Shown: positions 25,950 through 39,125 of the stretch, piece after piece
How the letters are laid out: each line of letters begins with the position of its first letter
Numbering within the stretch: position 1 is the first letter of the stretch
NCBI RefSeq assembly: GCF_018350175.1
Contig: NC_058369.1
Location: 23,996,001 to 24,060,000, forward strand
DNA from: Felis catus
Taxonomy: Eukaryota
Direction of reading: 5' to 3'
DNA: 64,000 nucleotides
Translations under genes and position numbers: made by a program
The notes under the pieces: generated by a model
What the model saw: only the letters and a program-made list of their open reading frames with translations
The model's database searches: none
What the model was told of the DNA's origin: nothing

Positions 25950-27705
25950 ACTTTTCAAATGATATGAAATCTGGACACTATAAAGTAAAAGACTGAGATT
26001 CATATAATTATAAAAGTTTTGTGTAGCAGAAAACAGACAACTGTAACAACCCAAAACAAACAACAGCAAAAGATGTCACATTAGCAAAGGTGTATGATAA
26101 GTGACAATTAGATATGTACATTTCAGATAAAGAATATGCATCCACAATATGACACATTAATTTTAAAAAGGTCCAATAGCCCAGGAGAAATATGGACAAA
26201 GGCTATGAATAGGCATATCACTGAAGGGGGACATGCAAATTACTAATTGATCAAAGGGTGTTCACATACACCAAACTTAGGAAAATAAAAATTAAGAAAA
26301 CAGAAGACCTCCTTCTTAGAAAGTGTAGTCAAGGAAAAAAGGCAGAGAAAGAATTCAAGCAACTAATTACAAAATGAATAAAGGCAAGAGAATGTAACAG
26401 ATACAGAAGAGATTGGAATAAGAACAATGGATATATAGGTGAATGAAGTGGATAATACTCTAGAACAATAAAAATAGTAAAATTCACTGGGAAAAGGGAA
26501 GATAATCTAAATGAACTAATGCCTCCCAAGTCATGAAATAAATGGAAAATATTGCCAAATAAGTATCTCCAAATATGGCACTAGGTTTGGGTCACTTAAT
26601 ACTATTATCATACTTTCAAGAATAGACCAGTATTTTATTTTTTTGGCTGCTTAAATAGTTCTGGAAGTATAGACTGCCTCACAATTTAATTTTCGAAGCT
26701 GCCATAGTTTGGATACATTAAAAAAAACAAAGTACAGGCCACTTCCACTTATGACTTTGACATAAAAACTGTACATTGTAATACTGACAAAGAAAACCCA
26801 GAGGCACATTAAAAGAATAATATAAACATGACCAACTAGTGTTTATTCAAGAAAAGTAGAGATGGTTTAATATTAGAGGAGTTTTAAAATATAGTTCATA
26901 ACATTAGTTAAGTCAAGAGAGATATATGTAATCATCCAAATTAATGCTTCTTAATCAGTGGTATAAGTCAGAATCATTGGTCTGATTTCTATCATGGCAA
27001 ATGATCCTGCAATATATCTGGAACAAGTCCTGTTTTTGTTTTTTTGTTTTTTTTTTAAGTGTTCTTTGGGAATTCTTATATATCCTTTGAGAAACACTGA
27101 TTTAGAAAAATATGTAAGAGGCATTTGATAACAATTGAACAATTTTTGATATAAAATCATAGGAAATTAAAATAAGTCCCTTTAATAAGGATGATCTCAT
27201 CTGAATAGTAAACATAATAATGGTAAACTACTAGCAGCATTCCCGTAAAAATCAGGTATAAGACAAGGATATTTACCAAGGTCACTAGTATTTAATATTG
27301 CTCCAGATATTCTAAATAAGCAATAAGACAAGAAAAATATATTAAAACATAGCTATTGTAAAAGAGAAGCCCAATTGTGATTATTTACAGATTATGCAGT
27401 TATCTATTCAGAAAGTGCAAGAGTCAACCAAAACCTACCTGAACTAATAAAATAAATCAGAAAAGTGGCAAGCTAAAAAAAATTCATGAAGCTCTCCTAT
27501 AACTTGCATGGCCAGTTCAAAAAGACAACGGGAAAATGTTCCACTCATAACAGCCAATATGTATATCCAACACCAATAAATAAAAAAATCAATTATGAGT
27601 TCTAGTATGAAAAATATCAAAATAGAGAAAACTTGCATCTTAGCATTAAATTTACACAATAAGTGAACAGGAAAAACATAACAAAATATAAAAGAATATC
27701 TCAAA
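25950..27705 (+). mobile_element. Old L1 (L1M) ORF2 fragments
   Basis: tacaggccacttccacttatga...aaaagaataatataaacatgaccaa...atggtttaatattag (YRPISLM...HHDQ...WFNIR); ataagacaaggat; tatttacagattatg (LFADDM). Confidence 0.85.
26956..27099. mobile_element. MER5A-like hAT MITE inside L1
   Basis: Termini cagtgg...tcagaatca...tttgagaaacactg. Confidence 0.55.
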
Positions 27706-27724
27706 CATAATAACTACTATATAC

Positions 27725-27920
27725 TGAAAGTATAAAATGGGCCAGTTATTGCATGGAGATAAGTGTTTTACATGCATTATTTCATTTCCTACTATAACAA
27801 TTGGGAAATGCCTAGTTGGGATATGCCTATTATCGTACCCAGTTTGTTCAAGGGTGCAAATCTAGTAGGTGTCAAACCCTGGACTCAAATCCAGCCAAAT
27901 CTGCCTTGCTCCTGACCGCA
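27725..27920 (-). mobile_element. MIR SINE
   Basis: tttacatgcattatttcattt...ctggactcaaatccagccaaatctg. Confidence 0.6.
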
Positions 27921-30199
27921 AGTCTATGAGAATGTCTCCCCGCCCACCCCCTGCCCCTAGAATGGGAGCATCTTGTTCTACAGTCCTGTGTTGTGTGTCA
28001 GTAAATGATATGCCAAAAAGAGCTCATGAGAGTCAAAATGTTTCCATGTCACTATTTACTAAGACTTCCTAAGTGGAGAAAAGCAACAAGAGGTTTTGAA
28101 AGAAACCACTGGTAAAGTCCAGGGCCTCAGCTTGTGGTATGTCACCCAAATACATTTGGACACTCTGTCGTGGCTGTTGTTTTGGGCTCTCACCCAAGAC
28201 TTTGTGTGAGACCTTGGACAAGCAAGTTTGCCTTTGCTGAGCTGAGTACTCTGTCAATATTCAAAACAATGCTGAGGCAGCCACAGTACAGGCCAGGAAG
28301 GGATGTCCAGGGCCATGACATTTTGCAGAGGACATCCCATATTCATCACTGTGTTTCAAGTTCAGACCTGCCCTTGAAACCTCTTCCAGAGTCTCCAATT
28401 TGAGACTGAAAGCAACACTTGAACTGTTGGCAGGAGAAGCACCAGGAAGGGAATGAGACCCCACATTCCTAAAACCACAGGCCTTCCCTGCCAGCCCTGC
28501 TCTCCAGGGTAGATACTTAGAAAACATTCCCAGACTTCTCTATATGATCCCAATGAAGGCCTGGGGGAGGAACTATTTGTTGTCTGTAAATTTTTAAGTT
28601 TATATAATGCATTCATTTAATTTTTAAATTTAATTAATTTTTTAAAACTTTTTTGTCATGCCTTAGTTCCTTGCTCCTTTCTTTCTCTCAGAATGTCTGA
28701 GGAATGAAATGGCATAAAAGAGGTATACGAAGGATTAATGACCATATTGGAAAAGCAGCCTGTAGGTACCATTTTAAAATTCCCTGTAAAATGGGAATAG
28801 TGGAGTGTAAGGAGACGGGACCTGAGAGGACATCTCCCTCTCCTCTTCCCTCAGGTCCCATGCCGATGTCCCTGGACTATCAGAGAAAGCATCTCATATT
28901 AGTTCCCACTATGTACTCTGAGACACCCTTCAGTAATTTTAAGCCTATCTCACATCTCAACTGGAATTTTCTTCCTTCTCACCTCTTCCGGAGAAACAGC
29001 CCACTGAGGAAGGTCTGCATGTGTCAAGCACACATTCTTTCGGATATCAGAGATCACAGGGGTCTTACTGAAGAGGTAATGACAGCATTTTCCTGGGTTC
29101 CTTGGGTTGTTTGGTCCCACTGGTTTTTCCACCTGTCCTCATCTCCCCACACCCTTACCTCTCTCTCCTGTGTCCTTTTGTATTTTAGCAAAAGACACCA
29201 TCATTGGCCATGTAATCATAACAGATATTCTTGACTTCTTTTTTTTAACTTTATTTTTTATTTTTTAAAATTTACATCTGTTTCTTTCCCAGTAGGTTCA
29301 CTCCATTTACTCATCTTGCATCAGTACTCTTCTCTCCATTTCCATAGGAAGACTACTACCATGTCACATGTCACAACCCCAACAAACGCCTTACTTACTG
29401 TCCCATTTTAATCCATTTATTCAAAAAATATTAAGTTCCTACTATTCTAGGTGCTGGAACACAGTGGTAAAAAACAAACAAACAAACCAAAACAAGCAAA
29501 TAAAAAAACATGTGGGAAAATGGGATGAGAAGCAAAGAGTACTGCATTCTTGTCACAAGTATCAAGAAGCCTCCTGATTAAATGGCAAAAAGGCTCTTCT
29601 GCTCCCACCCCCTCCAAGCACCTCCCGCACTCCATAGGGCAGCCAGACCATCTTTTCAAGATGCAAATCAGATCAAATCACTGTTCTACTCAGAAACATC
29701 TATTGACACTCTAAATAACTTTCATCACCCTCCATCGTTTGTCACTGTAATCAACAGGCATCAAAAGAGTATTTGACAAATAAACAGTTTTACCATCGCA
29801 GTGAATATTTACTCTGTGCTCATTGCATGCTTCATACTTCATCTGGTATTAGGATTGGAAATACTGAAGTAAGCTACAAGGCACACTTTTTAACTCCAGG
29901 ACTTATGATCCAACCATTGAAGCAACTATTTATTAAGCACCTACTATTTAGCAGGAGTTCAATGGCAAAATACAAGTGAGGCTCCATTTCACTGTTAAAT
30001 TTTGTCCTCCCAGCTAGTCCAAAAACTCCCTTATAGGCTTGTAATCTTTTCACAGTTATTCTTATACTGTCTTGTACACAGTGGGTACTCAGTAAATGTA
30101 GTGAATAGACTAATGTTGTGTATGTTGATTTGACAGGATGTTTGCTGCCAAGACAGGCAAAAATGTCACATATTTATATCATTATGACAATATCAACCA

Positions 30200-30370
30200 C
30201 AATAAGCACTACCATTTACTGAGCACTAGAATAACTGCTTTCTTCATTTAATGAAGCACTACACCCTACGACGTGGAGGCTGCTATAATACCCATTTTAT
30301 AAAGCAGTAAAGAGAGGTTCAGCAGATAGTAAATGGTAGAGTCAGAATTCATACCAAGACTTCAAAGCCA
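30200..30370 (-). mobile_element. MIR SINE
   Basis: ccatttactgagcact...cccattttataaag...tagtaaatggtagagtcagaattcatacc. Confidence 0.7.
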
Positions 30371-30977
30371 GAAAGAGCTGGTGTGGCCAGCCACAGCAGA
30401 GGCTGCAAAATGGAGTACTTTCCTCTAGTTGTACCCCGACATGTCCCACACAGGGAAGGCCACACTCTTCACCTACATCATCAAATAATTCTTTCCCAAT
30501 AGTACCTGGAGGGATGCAGTGACTATTCCCAAAGCACAAAATGAAGGAATTCTGTTTTTACAAATACTTGCACTTAATACGGAGGAAATATATATATATA
30601 TATACATAGCCAGGAGTACAGGTTCTTCAGGATGACTGCACGAGCTCAGATGCCAGCTTGGCCACTGCCTGGCCATGTTATCAGTCTGAGCCTCAGTTTC
30701 CCCATTCACCAAAGGAGCAAATATTTTATAGTACTAATAAGTGCTTTAGCATGGCGCTGGGTTACTTGTTATTTTTAAAGTTATTTTGTAAAACAATTTC
30801 ATTTTTCTTAATCCCACAGCCCACCTATAACTGTTAGATTTTCTAGTGCTGAAACTGATTTGATCTCAAGTAATGAGAAATGTGGAATTTACCTTTTGAA
30901 ATATTTTGCTCTTGGCCCCAGAATGACTGCCCTACAGAAAAGCTTTTCTGCTGATGCCATTTAAAAATATCATTAAT

Positions 30978-31202
30978 GGGGCGCCTGGGTGGCGCAGTCG
31001 GTTAAGCGTCCGACTTCAGCCAGGTCACGATCTCGCACTCCGTGAGTTCGAGCCCCGCGTCAGGCTCTGGGCTGATGGCTCAGAGCCTGGAGCCTGTTTC
31101 CGATTCTGTGTCTCCCTCTCTCTCTGCCCCTCCCCCGTTCATGCTCTGTCTCTCTCTGTCCCAAAAATAAATTAAAAACGTTGAAAATAAAATAAAATAA
31201 AA
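30978..31202 (+). mobile_element. Young felid SINEC_Fc
   Basis: CpG-rich, consensus-like body; TSD taaaaatatcatta (30962-30975 / 31203-31216). Confidence 0.97.
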
Positions 31203-32484
31203 TAAAAATATCATTATTACCTGCAAGCTAAATTAGGAGGTAGAATGATGGTGTGCTCTTGATGCACATATCCCTTAGCATTACCAGGTTTAGAGATTGC
31301 CTGTCCTTGAGAATATGGGAAAAACAGCCATCCATTTTGGGTGACAAAGCATTATATCTTACCTTTATAGATGATAACATGTAGATCACCAAACACACAT
31401 TCCCAAGGCAGGGTCCCAACACTGAAAGCCACAGGTAGCCATTAAAAAGATAGGACAGTAACTAAGAAACCAGGGTTGGCTGTCAAAGATCCAAAATGAC
31501 ATGGACTTTCATGACATGTCTCTATCTTTTACCATCAACCACTATAAGTTACCACATTTCATGTTCTTAAATAAAAAGATTTTTAAAAATTAATTTCATG
31601 TGGTTAAGATATTATCTTAAACTGGGATGATTTCACTCTAGAGGACAAAAGTACTTGTTATAGTAGACACAGTTCATTTTGAACAGGCAAATATAGACTA
31701 GGGCTTTTTAGGAGTTCTCATAGGTTATGTAAAAGATGGAAAATCCCATGTCCTCTGAGATCATGTGGCTTTTCTGGTTTAGAGAAGTCTGGTTTGTCTT
31801 CCCTGTCTTTGTAATTTTCTCTCTATCTCCACAGAGGAATGGAATGAAAGTTGAGAGGGAACTGTGACTCATTTTACAGAAGATTTAAAATTTACAGATA
31901 GGCCATAGACATTCATCGTTTTCCATCTATTCTGAAAAAACAGTTTGGAAGAAAGTTTTTATAGGGCTTGTCAAGTTTCTTCATATTGGTTACCAATTTA
32001 TGGAACTGTGTAAAAAAGGCTTCCTGGCAAGGTCCTAAGGCCCAAACCAGTCATATCAACAACAGGACTCTGTGAGACTTTGAAATACTTCATAGGAACT
32101 TATAAAATAAATTATGCCTGTAGGTGAAAAAGCCTCCCATGGTCTGTTCATTGTTTCAAATCCCTCTCCTAACAAAGATGACTTGGAGGGCTTTCTTCAC
32201 CCTTTTTATGTTTTAACATCTACAGTTCCTTTTTCCTCCCACGTTTTTCTAGGTTCTGTGGATTCAATTCAAATAATGTAGGTCTATACAAATCACAGTA
32301 ACATAGGTGAACTCTTCCTTGACTTTCAAATTGTGCTTCAATCACCAACCACAGGTAGCCAACTGCGAAATATCCTATTGTCTCTTGGTATTTGTAAGGA
32401 GTTAGTCCTTTACATGTGGCTGAAAATTTCTGCCAAAACTAGAGTTTGCACAAGTACCAACAAAAGAAAGTGTTGCTCATTTAG

Positions 32485-32810
32485 GCCTTCATTAAATATT
32501 ACCTAGCACTTTATATATGTGGATAATTCTGGATAAGAAGAATATTTAAAGGAATAACCAAAGATTCTATGAAAGAAAGCATCACAAGAGAGACAACCAT
32601 AGTACAAAGCTGTCGAGGGGTTGAGAAAGAGTAAAGGTTACTCCCAGCTTCAGGAAAGACTTCTTGGAAAGGGTGTCATTTGAGCTAGGCCCTGAAGGAA
32701 TGGTAGGGTTGTTATACAGGGAATGAAAAAGAGCATTTGACCCAAACAGAATGATTAAAACTACCTGGAGGTGAGATCACTTAGGGTACACATGGAGAAC
32801 CGGAAATAAG
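32485..32810 (-). mobile_element. L2 LINE fragment
   Basis: tcaggaaagacttcttggaaagggtgtcatttgagctaggccctgaagga. Confidence 0.6.
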
Positions 32811-33169
32811 TCTTGATCAAAAGGCTTTCTTAATATTCCTGCTTAGCCTTTCAGTGTTTAGATGACAGAAAGGGGCTTCACAAATTAACCAGCACCATCC
32901 CCTGCCTTCTCACCAAAACTCACTTCAAATTACTCTAAAAAAAAGAGACGCTATTAAACTTATGAAGTTTCAAGGTTTCTGCCACAACTTTTTCAGTTTC
33001 TTCTTTTAGCTAGCCTCTGTCCCACTGCTGTAATTTTGAGCCTGTTTCTTCTTCCTGTCTCCCTGGGCTATAGCTGCTTCCTGTGGTCTTCACATCAACT
33101 GTCTTCTCTTCCCAACCCCTAATGCCCTGCATTCCTCAACCTCAACTCTTCCCTTCCCCGTGGATCTCA

Positions 33170-33540
33170 CGTGGCATTGAAGTGTGCTCTGTCTTGTGAC
33201 AATGAACAAGAGTGAGAAATGCCTCCCGAGCCCTGTGGAGTCCAAATCTTCTCCTTAATGCTGCCTAGAAGTGCCCCGGACTTTCAGCCATGCCTCCACT
33301 TGGGGTTGGTTCTCTTCACTGGGGATACACAAAGCCAGCTCTGCACCACCTTCTGCTCACAGACTGTTTTTCTCCGCCTCACTGACTTCAGTCTGATTGT
33401 TTCTGATCGCTTCTTTAACATATCAAGGACACAAGGAATTCTAATCCTTTCCTCCAAGGTGCCAGCTACTTCTGAGTGGGTTGCTTTCCAACTCAGTGGT
33501 TACAGGGACTTTGAAATCAGCCATGTGTTTATTGCACAAA
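33170..33540 (-). mobile_element. L3/CR1 reverse-transcriptase fossil
   Basis: Minus strand reads VAGTLEERIRIPCVLDMLKKRSETIRLK, similar to CR1 VANTLEDRIRIQNDLDRLEKWSE. Confidence 0.5.
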
Positions 33541-34089
33541 GACTTAGATCTTGAAATGTGCATTTATCCTTTCACTTAGTTTCTTAATTCATGAACTGAC
33601 TACCACTTATGGATCCTGCCTATACATCTGTTTTAGATGTGGGAATTTTTTAAAATTCCTTCATCACTGAGTTAACTCTCCATCGTAGTATGTCACACTT
33701 AGCCTGCAATATGCCAACATTCAGTGGAACAATTATCTTTTCTTTTGCAAATCTGATCGAAAATGAGCCAAGTCCTGCCCTTCTGTGCAATGTGAGTGAA
33801 TGGTGGTAAGGTGGAGGGTAGGGAGTTCTTTTGAGAAAGCTAAAGCCTGGTTTAACCATATTTTTTTGAGGAGATTACAGCCCTCTACACATTGAATCTA
33901 ATCCCCTGAAAATTATTCAAATGCTTTCTTGGTGCCAAGGTCCATGCCCATTAGTTCATTCTAGAAGGATAAGAGTCTGATCTCTGACTCTCCGTGCTAG
34001 AGTCATGCCTCACAATTAATTCCACGTGTGTGACTGTGACTGTGGATGTATGCATGAGACTTTCTTGTTGCCATTGCTGATTATATATA

Positions 34090-34290
34090 ATCATCTATAA
34101 CTGTGTGACATTTACTATGAGCCAGGCACTGTGCCAACTATTTTACATGTCTCATTTAGCCTTCCCAATAAGCCTGTTATATGGTAAGTACTATTATTAT
34201 CCCCATTTTATGAATGAATAAACTGAGTTTTGGAAAGGTATAAGTCGCATGAACCAAAATGTGTCTACTCCAAAGTTTGGTTTCTTGATC
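34090..34290 (-). mobile_element. MIR SINE
   Basis: tactatgagccaggcactgtg...ctattattatccccattttatgaatgaataaactgag. Confidence 0.85.
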
Positions 34291-34554
34291 AATACCTGCA
34301 TTGCTGTTCCGGAGTCCTAGGGAATGTTGGCTTCAGGTTTTGGCTATGGCTGGAACAGAGAGTGAGTTGAATAAGCCCTACCAAGGACAATGGTAGCATT
34401 TCCCTTAAGACGGTAAATAATGAAAAATGCCCTTGGGCTGTATCCAAAAGGAAAGACCTATTCAGTTAATGCTCCAGTCCTTGGAAAGATCACTCCCAGG
34501 AGAGAATATGATGCTTTGAGTCCCTGTCCTAGAATACATATATATGCAACATAA

Positions 34555-34775
34555 ACTGTAGTATGGGACAGAACCTGGTTTTAACACTAGTTCCCCTAAT
34601 TACTATCACATCTTGGGCAAGACACTTAGTGTCCTTGAGCATCAGTTTTCTCACCTGTAAAATGGGGATAAGAATATTATATGTCTATTGATACCTAGTT
34701 GGGTTGCCATGAGAAATACGTTAGATAATTTAGCCCAGTGCCTGATTGCTAAAAAATGACTTCTATTTTTATTGT
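34555..34775 (+). mobile_element. MIR SINE
   Basis: cttgggcaagacactt...tcagttttctcacctgtaaaatggggataa. Confidence 0.85.
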
Positions 34776-35444
34776 TGTTAGGCATGCTCAGTCATCTCCA
34801 TTCAGATATAGGGCTTGACTTGGCATCTTGATTAATTTTATATGGCAGTGTATTTCACTATTTTTATGTATTATACCTTATATAGATCTTTTAGTTACTA
34901 ATATTTCATTTTATGTTAAGTGAGAAATAGGAACAAGGAAGGTAAGCAACATTTATTTCTCCAGCAAATCTACCAAGACCTAAAACAGACAGATCTCCAT
35001 TAATCAATCATAAGAGCTCACTATAGAAAATTTACCATACCACATCTGACAATACTACCCCTACAGGCTCAAAAATGTATTGAGCTCAAATATTCAAGAA
35101 GTAACCACACCTCAAGCCCAAAGAAGTCTCCTGAAACACAGAGGCTTTCTAATTCTTAGGACCTTTTAGTATCTAAAAGCAGAAAGCCGTGCTTAGGAGA
35201 CATGAGAGATTTTTCATGTAGACCCAGCCCCTAGTCACCAGTATTATTAACTAAGAAGCCAAGAATACATCTATTCTTTCAATCATTTAATTACAAAATA
35301 CATTACAAAATTTCAATTGTTTCATTACAAAATCATTACAAAATAATGCAGTGCTTCCAGAAACTTATATATTAGACTTACCAGAAAAAAGGAGAGGAGA
35401 GGGCTCTTAACTAATCCCTCATACACCGAATTAAACCCATTCAC

Positions 35445-35711
35445 CTCAAATATTGTTTAGGCCATGTCTTCCTATCTCTCTTCTCTCATCTGAAAGCCAA
35501 GAAGAATGTGGTGGGGGTTGGGCCAGTTTCACTTGGGGTGAAGGGCTATGGGTCTGCCTGTTAAGAGATGGTCTAGAATCTACCCTGACAATCTCTGAGT
35601 TCCTTAAACACTGGGCAGCAGGAGCCACTCTCAAAGAGTATCTTAAGTCCTGGCTATGTGCTTGGAAAGAGTCCATGAAATCTCCTTTGTTTCTGCCAAG
35701 CATGATCATAG
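35445..35711 (-). CDS. Candidate 267-nt exon; phase-1 frame xMIMLGRNKGDF...RHGLNNI* with the stop just before the donor
   Basis: Strong acceptor tttcctcctttttccttcctttgtag|; frame open to TGA (35448-35446) then G|gtgaat; unique sequence; no recognised homologue. Confidence 0.4.
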
Positions 35712-36084
35712 CTACAAAGGAAGGAAAAAGGAGGAAATGCAAAACACACAAACAAAAGTGACACAAAAAGTATCTTGATCCTTTAATCCTGTGGATTCTA
35801 GTATCAGAGGTTACTTTCCTTAATAACCTAATCAATTTTCAATTCCTTCCTTATGAATTCTCATCTGGATAGGCTGAGTCCATCATGTAATTAGGATGAT
35901 ATAGAGACAGGAGCAATGGCCTAGGAGAAGGGTCCATCTGGGCCTTCTGCAGCTGGGTAGTTGGTCAGAGGCCTTGAACATATTCTACCTCTTCCTAGAT
36001 GTAAAGACATATAGGCTGGAGCATATGGCCATTATGATTAGTTTTGTTCAGTTCTGAGGCTTAAAGTTTCCATTTTCATTTTTG

Positions 36085-36460
36085 TTTCATTTTTAAATCA
36101 GTGTATTTATTGGAGAATTACATGCATACAGCAAATTTCATACATTACAAGTATATCGCTCCATGCATTTCACAAAGTTATCATAGACTAGGCAACCAGC
36201 AGCCATCTCCAGAAATAGAACATAACCGGCCTTGTGTACTCTTTCAGTCACCTCTCCCCACCAAGAGTCATAATTGTAAGTTCTAACACCATAAATGAGT
36301 TTTAGTCATTTGGACTTTATGGGATCATACATTCTTTTCTCCTTTGTGCCTGGGTTCTTTCACTCAACATATTGGTGAGATTCATTTTTGGTGTGAGGAT
36401 TACAATAGCTCATTGTTACTGCTCTAGAGTATTCCACTGCGCTAATATACTATTAATCTA
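36085..36460 (-). mobile_element. Old L1M 3' end fragment
   Basis: ttctttcactcaacatattggtgagattcat...gagtattccactgcgctaatatac. Confidence 0.75.
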
Positions 36461-37289
36461 AGGTTTAATATTTGTGGCTACTACTAGATGTCCCAAATTT
36501 TGACCTATAGCTCCTGACCCACTGTGATTGCCCTGCAAAAGAAGCAAAAAAGCGGAAGAACATGCCTGAACTGTCTGAGACAGTCTTGGTTGACTACATC
36601 TTGGGGCCATGGATGCTGTGCTCTTTCTAAGTCCTCAGAGGCCTTCTGCCCAGAGAAGTTGAAAGCAAAGTGCTAACAGTATCAAACTTCTTTAAGCAAC
36701 ATCTTTTTGTTCTTGTTACTGTTCTATGAGATTGATATAGATAAGACCGGAGACTCCTTAGGAGTTTCCAGGCAAAAAAGACAACATTGATACATTGAGA
36801 GAATATAGACACAGACAGGGAACCAAATACACAACCTAATTTAAAGAAAACACATTCAGCATAAATGAAAGAAAATAATTCAAGTTCATGAAGAAGGATA
36901 AAGGCATTTTGTGGGGTTATGCCAGGTAAGATTGCTATTGTTTGTCTAAACAATTAGTCTGGGAAAAGCTCACAAGGAATACTCAAAGAGAAAGGCACAG
37001 GGTTGCTGTAATCTGGGGCTAATAAATTGAATAGAGTTTAAAAACAATTTAGCCATGTTTCTGTAAAATGAAATAAAAACCTTCCTACTGCAGCAAATGA
37101 TCGAACACAGAGGTAATGAGCCTACTGGTGCTGCAGAAAGGCAAGAGAAGTTCCAGAGCCATCATCTACATTGCTTGACAAGACCAGGAGACCTTTTGAC
37201 ATCAACATGATTTGATTTGGCAGCTAACGTTGACACTCTTGGGACATGTCAGTCTGAAGACTGGCTGTTCTATTGGCCAGATTTAAGGT

Positions 37290-37730
37290 AGTGACTTAGC
37301 CTCACAAACCTGGATTACTGCAACACACTCTTAATTGGGCTTCTAGTCTCCAGCTGTGACTTCTTCCCCACATTTTCTGAACTGAAGCCTGCAGGATTTT
37401 ACCCAAATGCAAACCTGATCATGATAGGCCTCCATTTTAGATCCTTCCATGATTCCCTATTGCCCACAGGATAAAGTCCAAATTCTCCATTGTGGTCTTC
37501 AGTGCTCTTGGAGTGGACCTCTGCTTTACCTTGCTTGCTCTCTGTCATTATACTCCAGCCATATGAAATGTCTCGTTGTTCCCTCGGCCTAGAAGGCTTC
37601 CCCCTAGCCTTCACCCGGCTAATCCTGCCTGTCTCATAGGCCTCAGGGAATTGCTTGTTTCTCTGCAAAGGCTTCTTGGTGGCCTCTTAATGGCCCTGTA
37701 GCATCTCACAACACACTGATTACACATTGC
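37290..37730 (+). mobile_element. L2 LINE fragment
   Basis: cctggattactgcaac...tgcaaacctgatcatga...ccctattgcccacaggataaagtccaaatt. Confidence 0.75.
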
Positions 37731-37741
37731 TGCCCTGTTCC

Positions 37742-38038
37742 CTGTTACTGCAGCAGCCCTGGCCAGTTCCTCACCCTCATCCCCTTGGCACTCATGAGTA
37801 CAGAATTTGCCGACAGATTCCTACTGTGTACATCCCTAACTCCACCTGAGGGCTTCTTAGTTTGCAACGCACGTACAGGCCAGGAGCATTGGCAGTTACT
37901 GCTCTAGGGAGCATCCCTCAACTTAGGGTGGAATGAAGATGGAGACTGAAGAGTCCAGCTTTCTTCCCCTACAAATAAGCTACTTGCATTCAAATCCTTG
38001 TCTGTAGGTCTGCTTCTGGGGAAACTCAGACTGAGACA
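37742..38038 (+). mobile_element. LTR16-like ERVL solo LTR inside L2
   Basis: 3' end caaataagctacttgcattcaaatccttgtctgtaggtctgcttctggggaaactcagactgagaca. Confidence 0.75.
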
Positions 38039-38209
38039 CTGGCCCATCTCCCAGTCCGACTGTGAGCTCAGGGAAGTTAGCAACTGAGGTCTCTCATTCA
38101 TCAGCGGGCATCATCAGTGCCTACCACATGCCTGGCACGGAGTAGGTATTTACTGAATAAAGGGGGTGTGACATGCAGTGAACACTTATTTCATTGTTGA
38201 TTTTCTATT

Positions 38210-38440
38210 TAAAGCAATATGGAGCCTAGCAAAAGCAAAGGCTCTTGAGTCAAAAGTCCTGGGTTCATTAAAAAAAAAACCAGAATCCTCCACTTCTGAC
38301 TGGTGTAAACTTGGGCAGGTTGGGAGCTGGGGATAAGACTCCTGAGCCTCAGTATCCCAATCTGCCCAGTAGGGGTCTTTATGAGTCTTAAGGAGGAGAG
38401 CGGTTTAAAACTGGGGAGTTACACAAATGTAAATTGTCCT
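38210..38440 (+). mobile_element. MIR SINE
   Basis: gagtcaaaagtcctgggttca...cttgggcagg...ctgagcctcagtatccc. Confidence 0.65.
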
Positions 38441-38701
38441 TATTTTAAGTGATCATGTAATTCTCTGTGCCTAAATAGAGGGAAGGAGATTTCATCCCAG
38501 ATACCACAAGCACTTGTGGCAGGAAGAGGAAGTTGATGAAAACAGGGGCTGGGTAAACAGTTAAATCCATTTTGAGAGTCTTGAGATTGAGAGGCTGACA
38601 TCTCTGTTCTGATGGAAATAAGGGAGTAAAATAGGCTTTTAAAAGTCTAGAAATAATTGCTGAAGGTAAGTAGACATAAAAGATATGTCTGCATCTATGT
38701 T

Positions 38702-38705
<4 letters not shown>

Positions 38706-38741
<36 letters not shown>
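38706..38741. repeat. (TA)n microsatellite
   Basis: About 18 TA units. Confidence 0.95.
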
Positions 38742-38743
<2 letters not shown>

Positions 38744-38901
38744 CAGTAGACTTCTAGTAAACCATATTAAATATGAAAAATCTCAGTATGTTTTTTACTT
38801 TGTTTTTTACTTTGTTTTTCAGCTTCAAAACTCCCCAATACACACACAAACATGCTGAGAAATATATTTTTTCAGATCAAGCTAAAATCAAATTTAATCT
38901 C

Positions 38902-39045
38902 AGGGTGCCTGGGTGGCTCAGTGGGTTAAGTGTCTAACTCTTGATTTCAGCTCAGGTCATGATCTCATGGGACTGAGTTTATGGGACTGAGCCCCAGCAG
39001 GGAGCCTGCTTGGGAGTCTCTCTCCCTCTCTCTTTGCCCCTCCCC

Positions 39046-39099
<54 letters not shown>

Positions 39100-39125
39100 A
39101 TAAATAAATAAACTTTAAAATAAAA
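38902..39125 (+). mobile_element. Can-SINE with an internal deletion
   Basis: agggtgcctgggtggctcagt...caggtcatgatctc...(CT)n caaaataaataaat. Confidence 0.93.

Noticed and set aside
28704..29234. Longest ORF (176 aa)
   Set aside because: No recognisable domain or exon boundaries; within chance expectation for six frames of 64 kb
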